A stretch of 52,859 nt of DNA, taken from the IMG/VR virus record IMGVR_UViG_3300033489_000012, positions 1 to 52,859 of that record, one strand, 5' to 3'. Source of the stretch: a virus (lineage: Duplodnaviria > Caudoviricetes). The stretch's first letter is position 1; every line of letters begins with the position of its first letter. The notes under the pieces were generated by a model, which saw only the letters and a list, made by a program, of their open reading frames with translations, made no database searches and was not told the DNA's origin. Positions 36,794 to 45,373 of the stretch are shown here, one piece after another. A program made the translations under genes and the position numbers.

Positions 36794-37329
36794 AGTTCAA
36801 TTTTCATCCGTTTTATTGTATTAGCGGGGAACTTGTATGGTAAATTAGCAGATTTGGCAAGTTTATGACAGGCCCGTTTTGATAAGGGATGACAACCCCA
36901 CAGTTCCGAAATTGCCGTGGTAAGTTTGAATGAAAATTTTGACCTGGTTTCTGACATCAAATAAGCATCAAACGTAAAGAGTTCCACCCAATACCTGTCA
37001 TTGGTTAGAACTACAAAAGGATGGGGCTTGTGATCATCCAGGGAAGTTATGGGGAATGGTACTTGTGTGTCTCCAGGAAATTTTATTGAGTCCATCTTAC
37101 CAATTTTTTCCCATTTAGGAGGAATTATAACAAAATCAAGTATCGGAGGTTTGGTGCGAGGAAGAAAATTACCGGGTTCTTTAAAGAAAGCTTTACCTAT
37201 CTTGCCCCTTACGAATTTATGAAATGGTACTTTGGTTTTTGCATATTCTATTTCAGTGATCTGTCCCATTAAATTTAGAATATCCGTATCGGGGCTATCA
37301 CCCATATATAAATATGTCTTTGTTACCAT
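36790..37329 (-). CDS. Hypothetical protein (moron gene 1)
   Basis: Start moved to ATG 37329 after an AGGAG RBS and promoter; AT-rich. Confidence 0.7.
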   Translation of the reverse strand: MVTKTYLYMGDSPDTDILNLMGQITEIEYAKTKVPFHKFVRGKIGKAFFKEPGNFLPRTKPPILDFVIIPPKWEKIGKMDSIKFPGDTQVPFPITSLDDHKPHPFVVLTNDRYWVELFTFDAYLMSETRSKFSFKLTTAISELWGCHPLSKRACHKLAKSANLPYKFPANTIKRMKIEL

Positions 37330-37354
37330 TTTACTAATCTCCTTTATTTTAATC

Positions 37355-37383
37355 AATATACGCACACACATAACAAAAGTCAA
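37355..37383 (-). promoter_or_regulatory. sigma70 promoter of the leftward moron
   Basis: TTGACT-17 nt-TATATT. Confidence 0.7.
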
Positions 37384-37429
37384 GAAAAATCGTATAGATA
37401 TAGAAAGTATTTTTGTAAGGAGAAAACCC

Positions 37430-37708
37430 ATGCCCATATTCAAACCCAAGAAAGGACCAGTCTTTAAGTGGAGTCGACTGCTTCACTTTATGTTGGCCGC
37501 CCTGATCACGGCTTATGGCGGCCATCTTTGGGGATATGAAGGGAGTGTCTTTGCCGGGATAGGATCAATTCTGATGGGGTTCTCCTGGGAACTATATAAC
37601 AAATTCAAGGGGAGAGGATCTCATCCCTATGGAGACGCCTTGGACTTCTGGTCGTTCGTTTTGGGAGCTGTCACGGCAGGGATAGGATGGTTAATTTTAG
37701 GAGGATAG
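37430..37708 (+). CDS. Small membrane protein
   Basis: AAGGAG RBS; three hydrophobic segments. Confidence 0.65.
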   Translation: MPIFKPKKGPVFKWSRLLHFMLAALITAYGGHLWGYEGSVFAGIGSILMGFSWELYNKFKGRGSHPYGDALDFWSFVLGAVTAGIGWLILGG

Positions 37709-37774
37709 ATTTCCTTAAAAAAGACACCCCGAGGACAAACTTCTTCTAAGTCTGCAAATACCACTGTTTTACTT

Positions 37775-37815
37775 AGGTTTTGCAGACCTCTGCCTTCCCA
37801 CTTGGCTAAGCCGCC
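37775..37815 (-). other. attP core: 5' half of a tRNA-Cys(GCA) gene
   Basis: Minus strand GGCGGCTTAGCCAAGTGGGAAGGCAGAGGTCTGCAAAACCT gives the 5' acceptor strand, D arm and GCA anticodon arm; no T arm or 3' strand; 125 bp from the integrase stop. Confidence 0.85.
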
Positions 37816-37940
37816 ATAAGTCTTTATGTATTAATATAACTGATTGTCAATAAAATGCTTTCGGTGGTTTTTCATATTCTTTTGAACCGGTGGAAATACG
37901 GGCAAATATGTTGAAATCCCAGACTATAGTTACAAATTGG

Positions 37941-38960
37941 CTACAATCTATTGACCGCCTTTCCGACTCTTTCCTTAGATGTATGGTCATAATGTTTAAC
38001 GGTAGTCATGATCGATTTATGGCGTAATGTATCCTGAATTGTTTTGGGATCTTCTTTCAATCCCCAGAGAACCCAGGCTGTGTAATCCCGGATATCTTTC
38101 AACGTCCGGATATTCTGCAGGCCAATTTTGTCTCTAAACCTTCCTATCCTTGCGCTAGCTTCATTCTCCGACCAGGGGAATAGTTTTTGGTCTTTACCTC
38201 TCGGCATCTCCTTTATGATTCGCGTCAACTTTTTCGGTATTGGTACGAGCTGAGCCTCCCCGCTCTTTGTCTTGGCCAGGTGGATGACCCGTTTTTTTAT
38301 ATCAACGTCTGCCCATTCGAGATTTAGGATTTCGGAGCGGCGGCAGCCGGTATAGTACAGAAACTGTAAGTACGTCGCATAGGGTTTATCGTCAATTCCA
38401 AATAATTTCTTTAAGTCCTCTTTGCCATGAATATAGGTGCGGTCTTTTTTTGGCTCCCGGTAATGAACGGCATCCCGGGTGGGATCCGCCGGAGCGTATC
38501 TCTTCTGCGGACCCTCCTTGAAAGACGTCCGGATCGTAGAGGTGTACCGGTTCTTGGTGGCATTGGCTTTTCTGCCGATGGTCTCCATAAAAAGATTGAA
38601 ATGATTCGCGGTGACGTCCGAGATAAATTTAACCTGGTTGATCTTAAGGAAATCGATCCAGGGCCTGAGCCGATGCTTGGCTGCCAGGGTGGTGTTCCAG
38701 GTGCGGTTTTGGGAAAAGTATGCCAGGAACTGACGATAAAACTCCTCCACGGTGATGGTTTGGGTTTGGATCGGCTTCTGGGGGTATGCCTCTTTTTGAG
38801 CATCCATCCAGCGGCCCAGGAGACGGTACGCCTCGATCTTGTTTTTTATGGGGAAGGGAAGCCCCAGGAACCGATGAAGGGAACGAGCCCGGCTTTCCCC
38901 ATTTTCGGACCACTTGATCCAGAAAATCTTATTGCGAGGGTAGAGGTGCATGGAAACCAA
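37941..38960 (-). CDS. int: Tyrosine integrase
   Basis: TGCRRSE, KTK, KDIR (HxxR variant) and LRH...TTVKHY catalytic motifs. Confidence 0.93.
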   Translation of the reverse strand: MVSMHLYPRNKIFWIKWSENGESRARSLHRFLGLPFPIKNKIEAYRLLGRWMDAQKEAYPQKPIQTQTITVEEFYRQFLAYFSQNRTWNTTLAAKHRLRPWIDFLKINQVKFISDVTANHFNLFMETIGRKANATKNRYTSTIRTSFKEGPQKRYAPADPTRDAVHYREPKKDRTYIHGKEDLKKLFGIDDKPYATYLQFLYYTGCRRSEILNLEWADVDIKKRVIHLAKTKSGEAQLVPIPKKLTRIIKEMPRGKDQKLFPWSENEASARIGRFRDKIGLQNIRTLKDIRDYTAWVLWGLKEDPKTIQDTLRHKSIMTTVKHYDHTSKERVGKAVNRL

Positions 38961-38975
38961 CAGGCTGTTGATTTT

Positions 38976-39257
38976 TTAGTATGAAATTATGATTACCAAA
39001 TAAATAATGGCCATATAACCAAAGAGGACCATCATGGCCCTCATAAAATTATTATCTCTTTGAATCTTGCTTATGTTATCGCCGTGCCGAGACGGAAGCA
39101 CCAAAATATAAATTAGCGTTACCAAACCAAATAAAAGCCCCCAGATTGCCCAAGCACCACCATCCCTATTTTTACGTTCAGCTAAGAAGAGACATGGCAA
39201 TCCGAAGAGAATTGTTGAAACTAACACACTAATAGTTATTATAACAAAAATCATCAT
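38976..39257 (-). CDS. Membrane protein (lysogenic operon)
   Basis: Three TM segments; AERKNR..WAIWGLLFG motif. Confidence 0.7.
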   Translation of the reverse strand: MMIFVIITISVLVSTILFGLPCLFLAERKNRDGGAWAIWGLLFGLVTLIYILVLPSRHGDNISKIQRDNNFMRAMMVLFGYMAIIYLVIIISY

Positions 39258-39275
39258 ATATTCCTCCTGATTACC

Positions 39276-39590
39276 CTATTTGAACTTCCTAAGATCGGCT
39301 TTCATCATTTTTTCTGCTGCCCGCGGATTCTGCCATTTTGCTGGGGCAGGTGAGCTGCTCTCTTTTTGACAATGGGGGCAGACCGTAGCGGTATATTGCA
39401 TCAGTTCTTTACAGTATGGACAGTTCCTCCTGGAGCCACGGATGACCAATATGATTAGGATGCCGAAGGGACCAAAGAGAAATCCCAGTATAAACCCCAG
39501 AATGCTCCTGTCTTTTTTATGTCCGATCAAGCTGGCTACGATGCCACATAATAATCCCAAAATGAAGAGCCAACCTAAAATTGCTTCCAA
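39276..39590 (-). CDS. Membrane protein with C-terminal Zn ribbon
   Basis: Two TM segments, then CPYC...CPHC. Confidence 0.75.
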   Translation of the reverse strand: MEAILGWLFILGLLCGIVASLIGHKKDRSILGFILGFLFGPFGILIILVIRGSRRNCPYCKELMQYTATVCPHCQKESSSPAPAKWQNPRAAEKMMKADLRKFK

Positions 39591-39598
39591 ATTTTCTC

Positions 39599-40282
39599 CT
39601 ATTCAAATTTTTTCCATGCCCAGACCACCTTGCCGAGGATCAAGCCCTCTTTCTGGGAGGTTAGGATGGGCATATTTTCCTCCTCCCACTTCGCATTAAA
39701 AGCCTTGAAGTAAAATTTGTCCTTCAGTATGATCAACTGCTTGACCGTAACCTGAAAATCTCCGCAGTGACAGGCGACCAGCTTCTTTTTGAGCTTCTGC
39801 GGATCCCGCTCTTTAACGTCGACCGCTACGATATCTCCATCCTCCAAAACCGGGATCATGGAATTACCTTTAACGAAGATTGCCTGATAACTACCTCCTT
39901 TCTTTAAAGCCCGGCTATGAATGAGGCAGGTACCCTCCACATTGTTTTCGTCAATCTCCAGACCGGAGCCGAGGGAAGCCGGGTCTGCCAGGAGGGGAAC
40001 CGGGACAAAATTCTCGATGTTCTCACCGTAGATAGGTTTTCCGGAGACAATGATCTTATGCTCGATGATGGGCGTGGGATGTGGTTCATAACCAAATAAC
40101 TCGGCAATTGATACATTTAGACCCCTGGCAATAGCAAAAAGGGTATCGAGGTTGGGTTTCTGCCTCCCATTCAAAATTTTAGATAAATGCGACTCAGCTA
40201 TACCGGAAAGTCGAGCAGCATGCCCAGCCGAAATCCCCTTTTTGGTTATAAGCTTTTTTATCTCCCCGGATACATCAATCAT
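39599..40282 (-). CDS. cI: CI-like repressor (XRE HTH plus S24 peptidase)
   Basis: N-terminal HTH; VKGNSM..GDIVAVD and TVK motifs; divergent from cro. Confidence 0.93.
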   Translation of the reverse strand: MIDVSGEIKKLITKKGISAGHAARLSGIAESHLSKILNGRQKPNLDTLFAIARGLNVSIAELFGYEPHPTPIIEHKIIVSGKPIYGENIENFVPVPLLADPASLGSGLEIDENNVEGTCLIHSRALKKGGSYQAIFVKGNSMIPVLEDGDIVAVDVKERDPQKLKKKLVACHCGDFQVTVKQLIILKDKFYFKAFNAKWEEENMPILTSQKEGLILGKVVWAWKKFE

Positions 40283-40298
40283 ACAATTATTTAATATC

Positions 40299-40318
40299 TC
40301 TTGACTAATAAGTCAAGA
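40299..40318. promoter_or_regulatory. Candidate operator palindrome
   Basis: TCTTGACT-AATA-AGTCAAGA between cI and cro. Confidence 0.55.
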
Positions 40319-40348
40319 CCTTATATGCAAAATACATTAAATACCCTA

Positions 40349-40376
40349 TTGACAAGTATTAAAGATTAAGTATACT
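40349..40376 (+). promoter_or_regulatory. Early rightward promoter (PR-like)
   Basis: TTGACA-16 nt-TATACT upstream of cro. Confidence 0.75.
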
Positions 40377-40422
40377 ACAGCCGACAAAGGATAGTGTAAC
40401 TCATCAAGGAGGTGTTTTAGAC

Positions 40423-40647
40423 ATGCAAAATCGAATAAGGGAAGTCCTAAAAGAAAAAAAAATGACCCAGGCGGAACTTGGGATTGCGAGCGGTTTGGGT
40501 GAAACGATGATTAGCAAGATCATCAACAAGGAGACTGATGTCCAAATGAGCACCGCTATAAAAATCGCTGAAGCCCTGGGGGTGTCGGTAATAGATATTT
40601 TTGGAGCGGAGTTAAAACCGGAACCGATCAAACAAAAGTCAGCATAA
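40423..40647 (+). CDS. cro: Cro-like HTH regulator
   Basis: 74-aa XRE HTH; AAGGAGGTG RBS. Confidence 0.88.
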   Translation: MQNRIREVLKEKKMTQAELGIASGLGETMISKIINKETDVQMSTAIKIAEALGVSVIDIFGAELKPEPIKQKSA

Positions 40648-40664
40648 AGTGATTTCGGGGTGAT

Positions 40665-40841
40665 ATGAAAATTCACAAAGTCTGTATCTGCGGTAAGATT
40701 ATCGGGACTGCCTTTGTAAATAACGGGACCGATATCGAGATTACTTCTCACGGGATCTGCCCTGCCTGCGGCGGTAACCCGAGGAGAGGGTCTGTTATCG
40801 GTAAGCTGGAGAACGTTGATAAATCCAAAAGGGGATGGTAA
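40665..40841 (+). CDS. 58-aa Zn-finger protein (not in ORF track)
   Basis: MKIHKVCICGKIIG...TSHGICPACGG; GGGGTGAT RBS. Confidence 0.7.
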   Translation: MKIHKVCICGKIIGTAFVNNGTDIEITSHGICPACGGNPRRGSVIGKLENVDKSKRGW

Positions 40842-40850
40842 GGAGAAAGT

Positions 40851-41078
40851 ATGAGTTATCATCCAATTTTTAACGCTAAGGGTGTTCAACCGTGTTTGCG
40901 GTATAAATCGGACGGGAATACGATTGGGAGATCGTGCTCTACCTGCATTATCCGGGACGGGGAGATTCAGACCATCGATGGTCTGGTTGTGCTGGTTCGC
41001 TGTTCGCGGAGAAAAATGCACGACATCCCGCCTCCGGCTAAGCAAGAAGAGATTTTTCCGGTTGAGGCGACTCAATAG
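40851..41078 (+). CDS. Hypothetical Cys-containing protein
   Basis: AAGGAG RBS. Confidence 0.55.
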   Translation: MSYHPIFNAKGVQPCLRYKSDGNTIGRSCSTCIIRDGEIQTIDGLVVLVRCSRRKMHDIPPPAKQEEIFPVEATQ

Positions 41079-41114
41079 TCCAAGAGAAAAGATCGTGGCT
41101 CTACGAGGCTTAAA

Positions 41115-41453
41115 ATGAGTTCCAGGTATGGTCTGAAGTTGAGAGTTGAAGAAATTGTCGAATCGGCCAGGGAGAGGGGCATCGATCTGACCGGAAAAGA
41201 TATTCGGACTATTTTTCTCTATGAGGTCGGCAAGCTTCGGATGATGTCCATGAGGGTCTTTTTGATCGTTCATGATTTTGGTCGGGAAAAGTTCTGCCGG
41301 GAACCACAAAAACACGGATTTGTCAAAATCGGCGGTGAATGGTTCATCCCGGTTTATAACATTCCTCAAATTTTGGCTGGTCGGGTGCTGGTAGACGGCA
41401 AATGGGAGATGCCCGCAAATAAAAAGAGGTCGTCGGAAGTGTCTATCCGATGA
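41115..41453 (+). CDS. Hypothetical protein, possible Xis/HTH_17-like DNA-binding domain
   Basis: FVKIGGEWFIP resembles the excisionase wing motif; early-operon position. Confidence 0.45.
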   Translation: MSSRYGLKLRVEEIVESARERGIDLTGKDIRTIFLYEVGKLRMMSMRVFLIVHDFGREKFCREPQKHGFVKIGGEWFIPVYNIPQILAGRVLVDGKWEMPANKKRSSEVSIR

Positions 41454-41458
41454 CCTCT
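41417..41458 (-). ncRNA. Candidate ~40-nt antisense RNA (OOP-like)
   Basis: Consensus promoter followed at once by a hairpin (41423-41460) and a U-tract. Confidence 0.55.
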
Positions 41459-41463
41459 TTACC

Positions 41464-41492
41464 ATTATAACCAAATCGGAGAGATTTGTCAA
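41464..41492 (-). promoter_or_regulatory. Perfect-consensus sigma70 promoter, antisense to the early operon
   Basis: TTGACA-17 nt-TATAAT on the minus strand. Confidence 0.85.
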
Positions 41493-41707
41493 GTGGAAAA
41501 ATTTAAAGAACCTGTGCAAAAAGTAAACATTTTCAGTGAATCGAAAAATCCAAGGAAACGCTCACAGCGGATTAATTCATTTAAGCAATTCCGGAAGCGC
41601 TTAAGGCTTCTGGTACTGAAGGAAGGGTACTCGTTCGATGGGGCTGATTTCCTGGCCAGGCGGTCCTTTCGAAGGGTGCTAAAACCTTAACCCAATGGAG
41701 GTTTGAA

Positions 41708-41971
41708 TTGTTTGCCGTGCTTCTGGTTGTAGGAATGTTTATGCTCTCCGGGGCGGGAGTAACCTTGAACCCGGGGGATATTTGGGTTCATCCTCCGCCC
41801 CTGGACGTCACTGCGAAGATCATTAGCGTGGGCAGCGATGTCGAGCTTGGAATCCGGATCAACGGCGGTAATTTCCTGCTCGTCCGCGCAAACAATGACG
41901 AGCTGCAAAACTGGCTGATTAATAACCGATTTCACCGTCAAGTGCAAGCAATCCCTTTGCCGCCGCGATAA
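41708..41971 (+). CDS. Small membrane/exported protein
   Basis: GGAGG RBS; hydrophobic N-terminus. Confidence 0.55.
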   Translation: MFAVLLVVGMFMLSGAGVTLNPGDIWVHPPPLDVTAKIISVGSDVELGIRINGGNFLLVRANNDELQNWLINNRFHRQVQAIPLPPR

Positions 41972-42111
41972 GGGATGCCGGATAATTTGCGGTGAGGTTC
42001 TCTGAAAAATTGCGTTTCACCTCCCTCTGGATAGTGAAAACGCAAGAGCCGATGTGGGCGAGGTCCTCAAGCCCCCCCTACCTCGCTCCCCGGCTCGAAA
42101 AAAGAGGGAAT

Positions 42112-42288
42112 ATGATTTTTCGATACGATTCAAATTACTTTTTCAAACAATGCTCGGGTCAGTATCCGCCCGGGAAAGGGTGTGATCTGAGACTGAACCC
42201 ATCAAAGTATGGACTAGGAAGCTGGGAGGAGCTGGGAAAGAAATGTCCATTAAAAAAACGCCAATTGCGGAAGGGGGAATACGCATGA
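42112..42288 (+). CDS. Small Cys-containing hypothetical protein
   Basis: GAGGG RBS before ATG 42112; coupled to the next ORF. Confidence 0.5.
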   Translation: MIFRYDSNYFFKQCSGQYPPGKGCDLRLNPSKYGLGSWEELGKKCPLKKRQLRKGEYA

Positions 42289-42533
42289 AAAGGCATGAGG
42301 GTTTGATAGTTTGGTTCTGTGGAGTAATAGCCGTTTCGCTTTATGCCCTGGCCTTGCTCTGGATTGTGTCGGGAGACATGGAACCGATAAGCCGCAAACC
42401 GATTCATCCGGTTTCGGATTACGTCGGATTACAAATTAAAGAAGGTCGGGTACCGAGTGCCGAGGAAATCGAGGCGGTAAGAATCAGGGCGATAAGCGTC
42501 ATTGATTCGCTAAGGGAAAGTGGGTTGTATTGA
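42285..42533 (+). CDS. Membrane-anchored hypothetical protein
   Basis: One TM helix; coupled start. Confidence 0.55.
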   Translation: MKRHEGLIVWFCGVIAVSLYALALLWIVSGDMEPISRKPIHPVSDYVGLQIKEGRVPSAEEIEAVRIRAISVIDSLRESGLY

Positions 42534-42669
42534 AAGAAGGTGGTTTGAATGCCAAGAGAATGGAGGCGGAAGATGGCGGCTAAAATTTACAGGTTATGGT
42601 TCTGGATCAGTCGACCCGGGACCATGAAGAAGATTAAAGAGAGACTCCGGAGGTTGCAGGGAGGAAACC

Positions 42670-42852
42670 ATGAAAATTGATGTCGAGGGGCAGATGGTTA
42701 AATCCATGCGGGATAGGCGAAAATTAACGGAAATGTTGAGTGAGGAAGAATTAAATCGGATGAAGAACCGGCATATCAAGAGTCCGCTGCAGAAGGAAGA
42801 GGAGAGGAATGCGTTGAAAGCTAGGGTGGTGGATGATATCTGGTTGAGGTGA
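42670..42852 (+). CDS. Hypothetical protein
   Basis: GGGAGG RBS. Confidence 0.55.
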   Translation: MKIDVEGQMVKSMRDRRKLTEMLSEEELNRMKNRHIKSPLQKEEERNALKARVVDDIWLR

Positions 42853-42854
42853 AG

Positions 42855-43004
42855 ATGCGGTCAAATCTTAAATGTGAAAAGTGCGGACACATTTTCCCGG
42901 TTCAGAGATTTAATTCGAAGAGAAGGGAGAAAAGGCACAAGAAGAGATTATGGTGCATCATCTGCAGGAAAGTAACGGTACACAGGGAAAACTATCAAAG
43001 CTGA
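42855..43004 (+). CDS. 49-aa Zn-ribbon protein resembling ribosomal protein bL33 (not in ORF track)
   Basis: MRSNLKCEKCGHIFPVQRFNSKRREKRHKKRLWCIICRKVTVHRENYQS; GAGGTGA RBS. Confidence 0.65.
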   Translation: MRSNLKCEKCGHIFPVQRFNSKRREKRHKKRLWCIICRKVTVHRENYQS

Positions 43005-43021
43005 GGGGAGGTGAAAAGAAA

Positions 43022-43699
43022 ATGGCAATAGAAATTAAACGTGGATGTGGTTATCGAAAAGTGGGGGGGATTTATCTGGTGGGTGATGGATTGTCGGCGG
43101 TGTGTGATCGCCTACCCTATCCCTTGGAAGTTTGCCGAGTGTGCGGAGCTGGAATTAAGCCGAGCCGTGGGATTCAGTGGTTGGATGGAAAGGAGTTCTT
43201 TGGGGGAAACTGTAAGGATTTCATGCGTGGATTATCTAACCCTGATAATTGTCATGGTTTTGAGTGTCCGATTTGTTATTCGGATGGTCTCGGTAAAACT
43301 GGTCTCATGTGGGTTGGGGAAAAATTCTATCCCACCGTGGAAAGTTTCGTCTTGGAGGCAGAGAAGCAAGGAGTATCGAAGCGGATATCACAAATACCCC
43401 GGGATATCGAGATTGGCAAGACCTGGATTCTTCTGGCGCACACTAAAGGAAAGAATAAACGGAGAGTCATAAAAGGCTCCACTGGAAAGGTTGAGGAGAT
43501 CACTTGGGTATCAGCGATTTTCTATGCCTTCAAGCCGAAGCAAATCGAGATGATTGTGACGGATCAGATCGCGGAAGAGGAATTGGATAAGTTACAGAAG
43601 AGAGGAATCACTCCAGTGGTAGTGCCGCACAATGATCCCGATCACAATCCAAAGGGTAAAGGAGACCAGGTTGAGTCACCGGAGTTCGAAATAGTATAA
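43022..43699 (+). CDS. Cys-rich hypothetical phage protein
   Basis: RGCGYRKVGGIYL and LMWVGEKFY motifs; start moved to 43022 after GGGAGGTGA. Confidence 0.7.
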   Translation: MAIEIKRGCGYRKVGGIYLVGDGLSAVCDRLPYPLEVCRVCGAGIKPSRGIQWLDGKEFFGGNCKDFMRGLSNPDNCHGFECPICYSDGLGKTGLMWVGEKFYPTVESFVLEAEKQGVSKRISQIPRDIEIGKTWILLAHTKGKNKRRVIKGSTGKVEEITWVSAIFYAFKPKQIEMIVTDQIAEEELDKLQKRGITPVVVPHNDPDHNPKGKGDQVESPEFEIV

Positions 43700-43783
43700 A
43701 GCAAACTCCCCTTCGGTCCGGCGAAAGACTAAAGGGGAGAGTTTTCAAACAGTCACTTTTTATATACGGAAGGGACGGAAAAA

Positions 43784-44356
43784 ATGTCAAGCATAAAAAT
43801 GACGTCACCTGAAAAAATAGAGGATGATTTCTTAGCCGAGATTTTACCGGTAGGAGAGGTCGGCGCGGAGATCGTCCTGGAGGAGCCGGCTCAGGCGGAT
43901 CACCAGATCCAGAGAATAGCCCGGCTTATGCAGAAGGGGGAGGATATAAAAGGTTTTGTCGCGGGAGAAATGAAGCGACTGCAGGAATATCTCGAGCGGA
44001 AACTTCAGACTCTCCAGGGAGAGATTGACTGGAGGTCTGGACCCCTGGAGATTTATATGCGGGATGCGAATCGCCGGAATCCAAAGATCAAATCGCTGGA
44101 CCTGCCGCATGGGAAGCTGAAGCTCCGGGCGCAACAGGATAAGTTTGAAATCGACGAGGAGAAAGTTTTAGGATGGGCAGGGGATCATTTGCAGGAGGCG
44201 GCAAGCTTCACAGAAACCAAGATCGTGATCCGGAAAGACAATTTGAAGAAGTTCATCAAAGAAACGGGTGAGATGGTGGACGGGGTGACAATTGAGCCGG
44301 CTGGTGAATCGAAGTTCTATCTGGAGATCAAAGGGGGTGAGAAGAACGGTGAATAA
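43784..44356 (+). CDS. Host-nuclease inhibitor (Mu Gam-like)
   Basis: Coiled coil, then KSLDLPHGKLKLR...DGVTI. Confidence 0.8.
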   Translation: MSSIKMTSPEKIEDDFLAEILPVGEVGAEIVLEEPAQADHQIQRIARLMQKGEDIKGFVAGEMKRLQEYLERKLQTLQGEIDWRSGPLEIYMRDANRRNPKIKSLDLPHGKLKLRAQQDKFEIDEEKVLGWAGDHLQEAASFTETKIVIRKDNLKKFIKETGEMVDGVTIEPAGESKFYLEIKGGEKNGE

Positions 44357-44360
44357 TGAT

Positions 44361-45344
44361 ATGGCAGAAAAGGATAAAAATCTTCCGGTTGCCATAGCGG
44401 GACAAATAATGACCCTGGATGAGTACACCTCTCTGATTATAGCGAGAGACCAGTTTATCCTGAAGTATCTCAAACGGGGAAAGGATTATGCGAAGATCAA
44501 GGGGTGGCAAAAGGAGGGGTTGCTTGAACCCGGGGCGGAAAAGCTGTGCGAACTTTTTCATCTAAGACCGGAATTTGAGATCGTTCGATTACAGGTAGAT
44601 TTCGACAGACCCATTCCATTCATCGCCTACTGGATTAAATGCACCCTGTTTCGGAAAGATACGGATAAAAAGGCAGGTGATGCCATTGCATCCTGCAACA
44701 CGATGGAGGAGAAATATCGATACCGCTGGGTTAAAAAGGACGATCTCCCCGAAGGGACCGATTTGGCAAGTGTGGTATCTAAAAAGACGGATTATGGCAT
44801 AAAATACCGGGTAATAAATGAAGAGACGGCGGCTCTGGATAATACCATTATCCAGATTGCCGAGAAGAGGGCGTATGTGGCAGTTGTGCGGAAATCCACA
44901 CAGACATCGGACAGATTCGTTTCGGGGGAGGAATCCGCTGCGAATGGAGCCGCCAAACCCACAACTCCCGCCAAACCGGGGAACAAAATCACCGTCGAGA
45001 CTAAGTCGGTCATACTGCTCAGCATGAAGAATTTGAGCGAAGAGGAGCAGAAACGGTTAAAGCTCAAATTAGATATCGAGCATCCCAAGACGGTGACGGA
45101 GAAAGATCTATTGACCGAAGCGGACGGGCAAAAGGTAATCAAATTCATCGGGTACAGGGAAAGGGTCATTGATCTCAAGGAGAAATTGAACAATCATTTT
45201 GTGGGGGATCTCGAGGCAGTTGATAAGTTTTGCCGGGAGACCTTGAAATTAAACTCCGCCGTGGAGATCGACAAGCTGGTTCCGGAGCAGATTGAAACAC
45301 TGGACAAGGCTTTGGAGAAAAAGATCGAGGATGATTTGTTTTAG
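44361..45344 (+). CDS. Probable single-strand annealing/recombination protein
   Basis: GKDY...LLEPGAEKL and NTIIQIAEKRAYV motifs; follows the Gam-like gene. Confidence 0.6.
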   Translation: MAEKDKNLPVAIAGQIMTLDEYTSLIIARDQFILKYLKRGKDYAKIKGWQKEGLLEPGAEKLCELFHLRPEFEIVRLQVDFDRPIPFIAYWIKCTLFRKDTDKKAGDAIASCNTMEEKYRYRWVKKDDLPEGTDLASVVSKKTDYGIKYRVINEETAALDNTIIQIAEKRAYVAVVRKSTQTSDRFVSGEESAANGAAKPTTPAKPGNKITVETKSVILLSMKNLSEEEQKRLKLKLDIEHPKTVTEKDLLTEADGQKVIKFIGYRERVIDLKEKLNNHFVGDLEAVDKFCRETLKLNSAVEIDKLVPEQIETLDKALEKKIEDDLF

Positions 45345-45373
45345 GATTGATAAAGAGTTTTTTAATAAATCAT

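Noticed and set aside
37775-37815. Complete functional tRNA-Cys gene
   Set aside because: No T arm or 3' acceptor strand follows the anticodon stem
38427-38984. 185-aa plus-strand ORF
   Set aside because: Antisense shadow of the integrase
40404-41519. 371-aa minus-strand ORF spanning the early region
   Set aside because: The plus-strand genes at 40665, 40851 and 41115 share one frame, so a long antisense shadow is expected; it has no motifs or RBS and crosses a terminator hairpin
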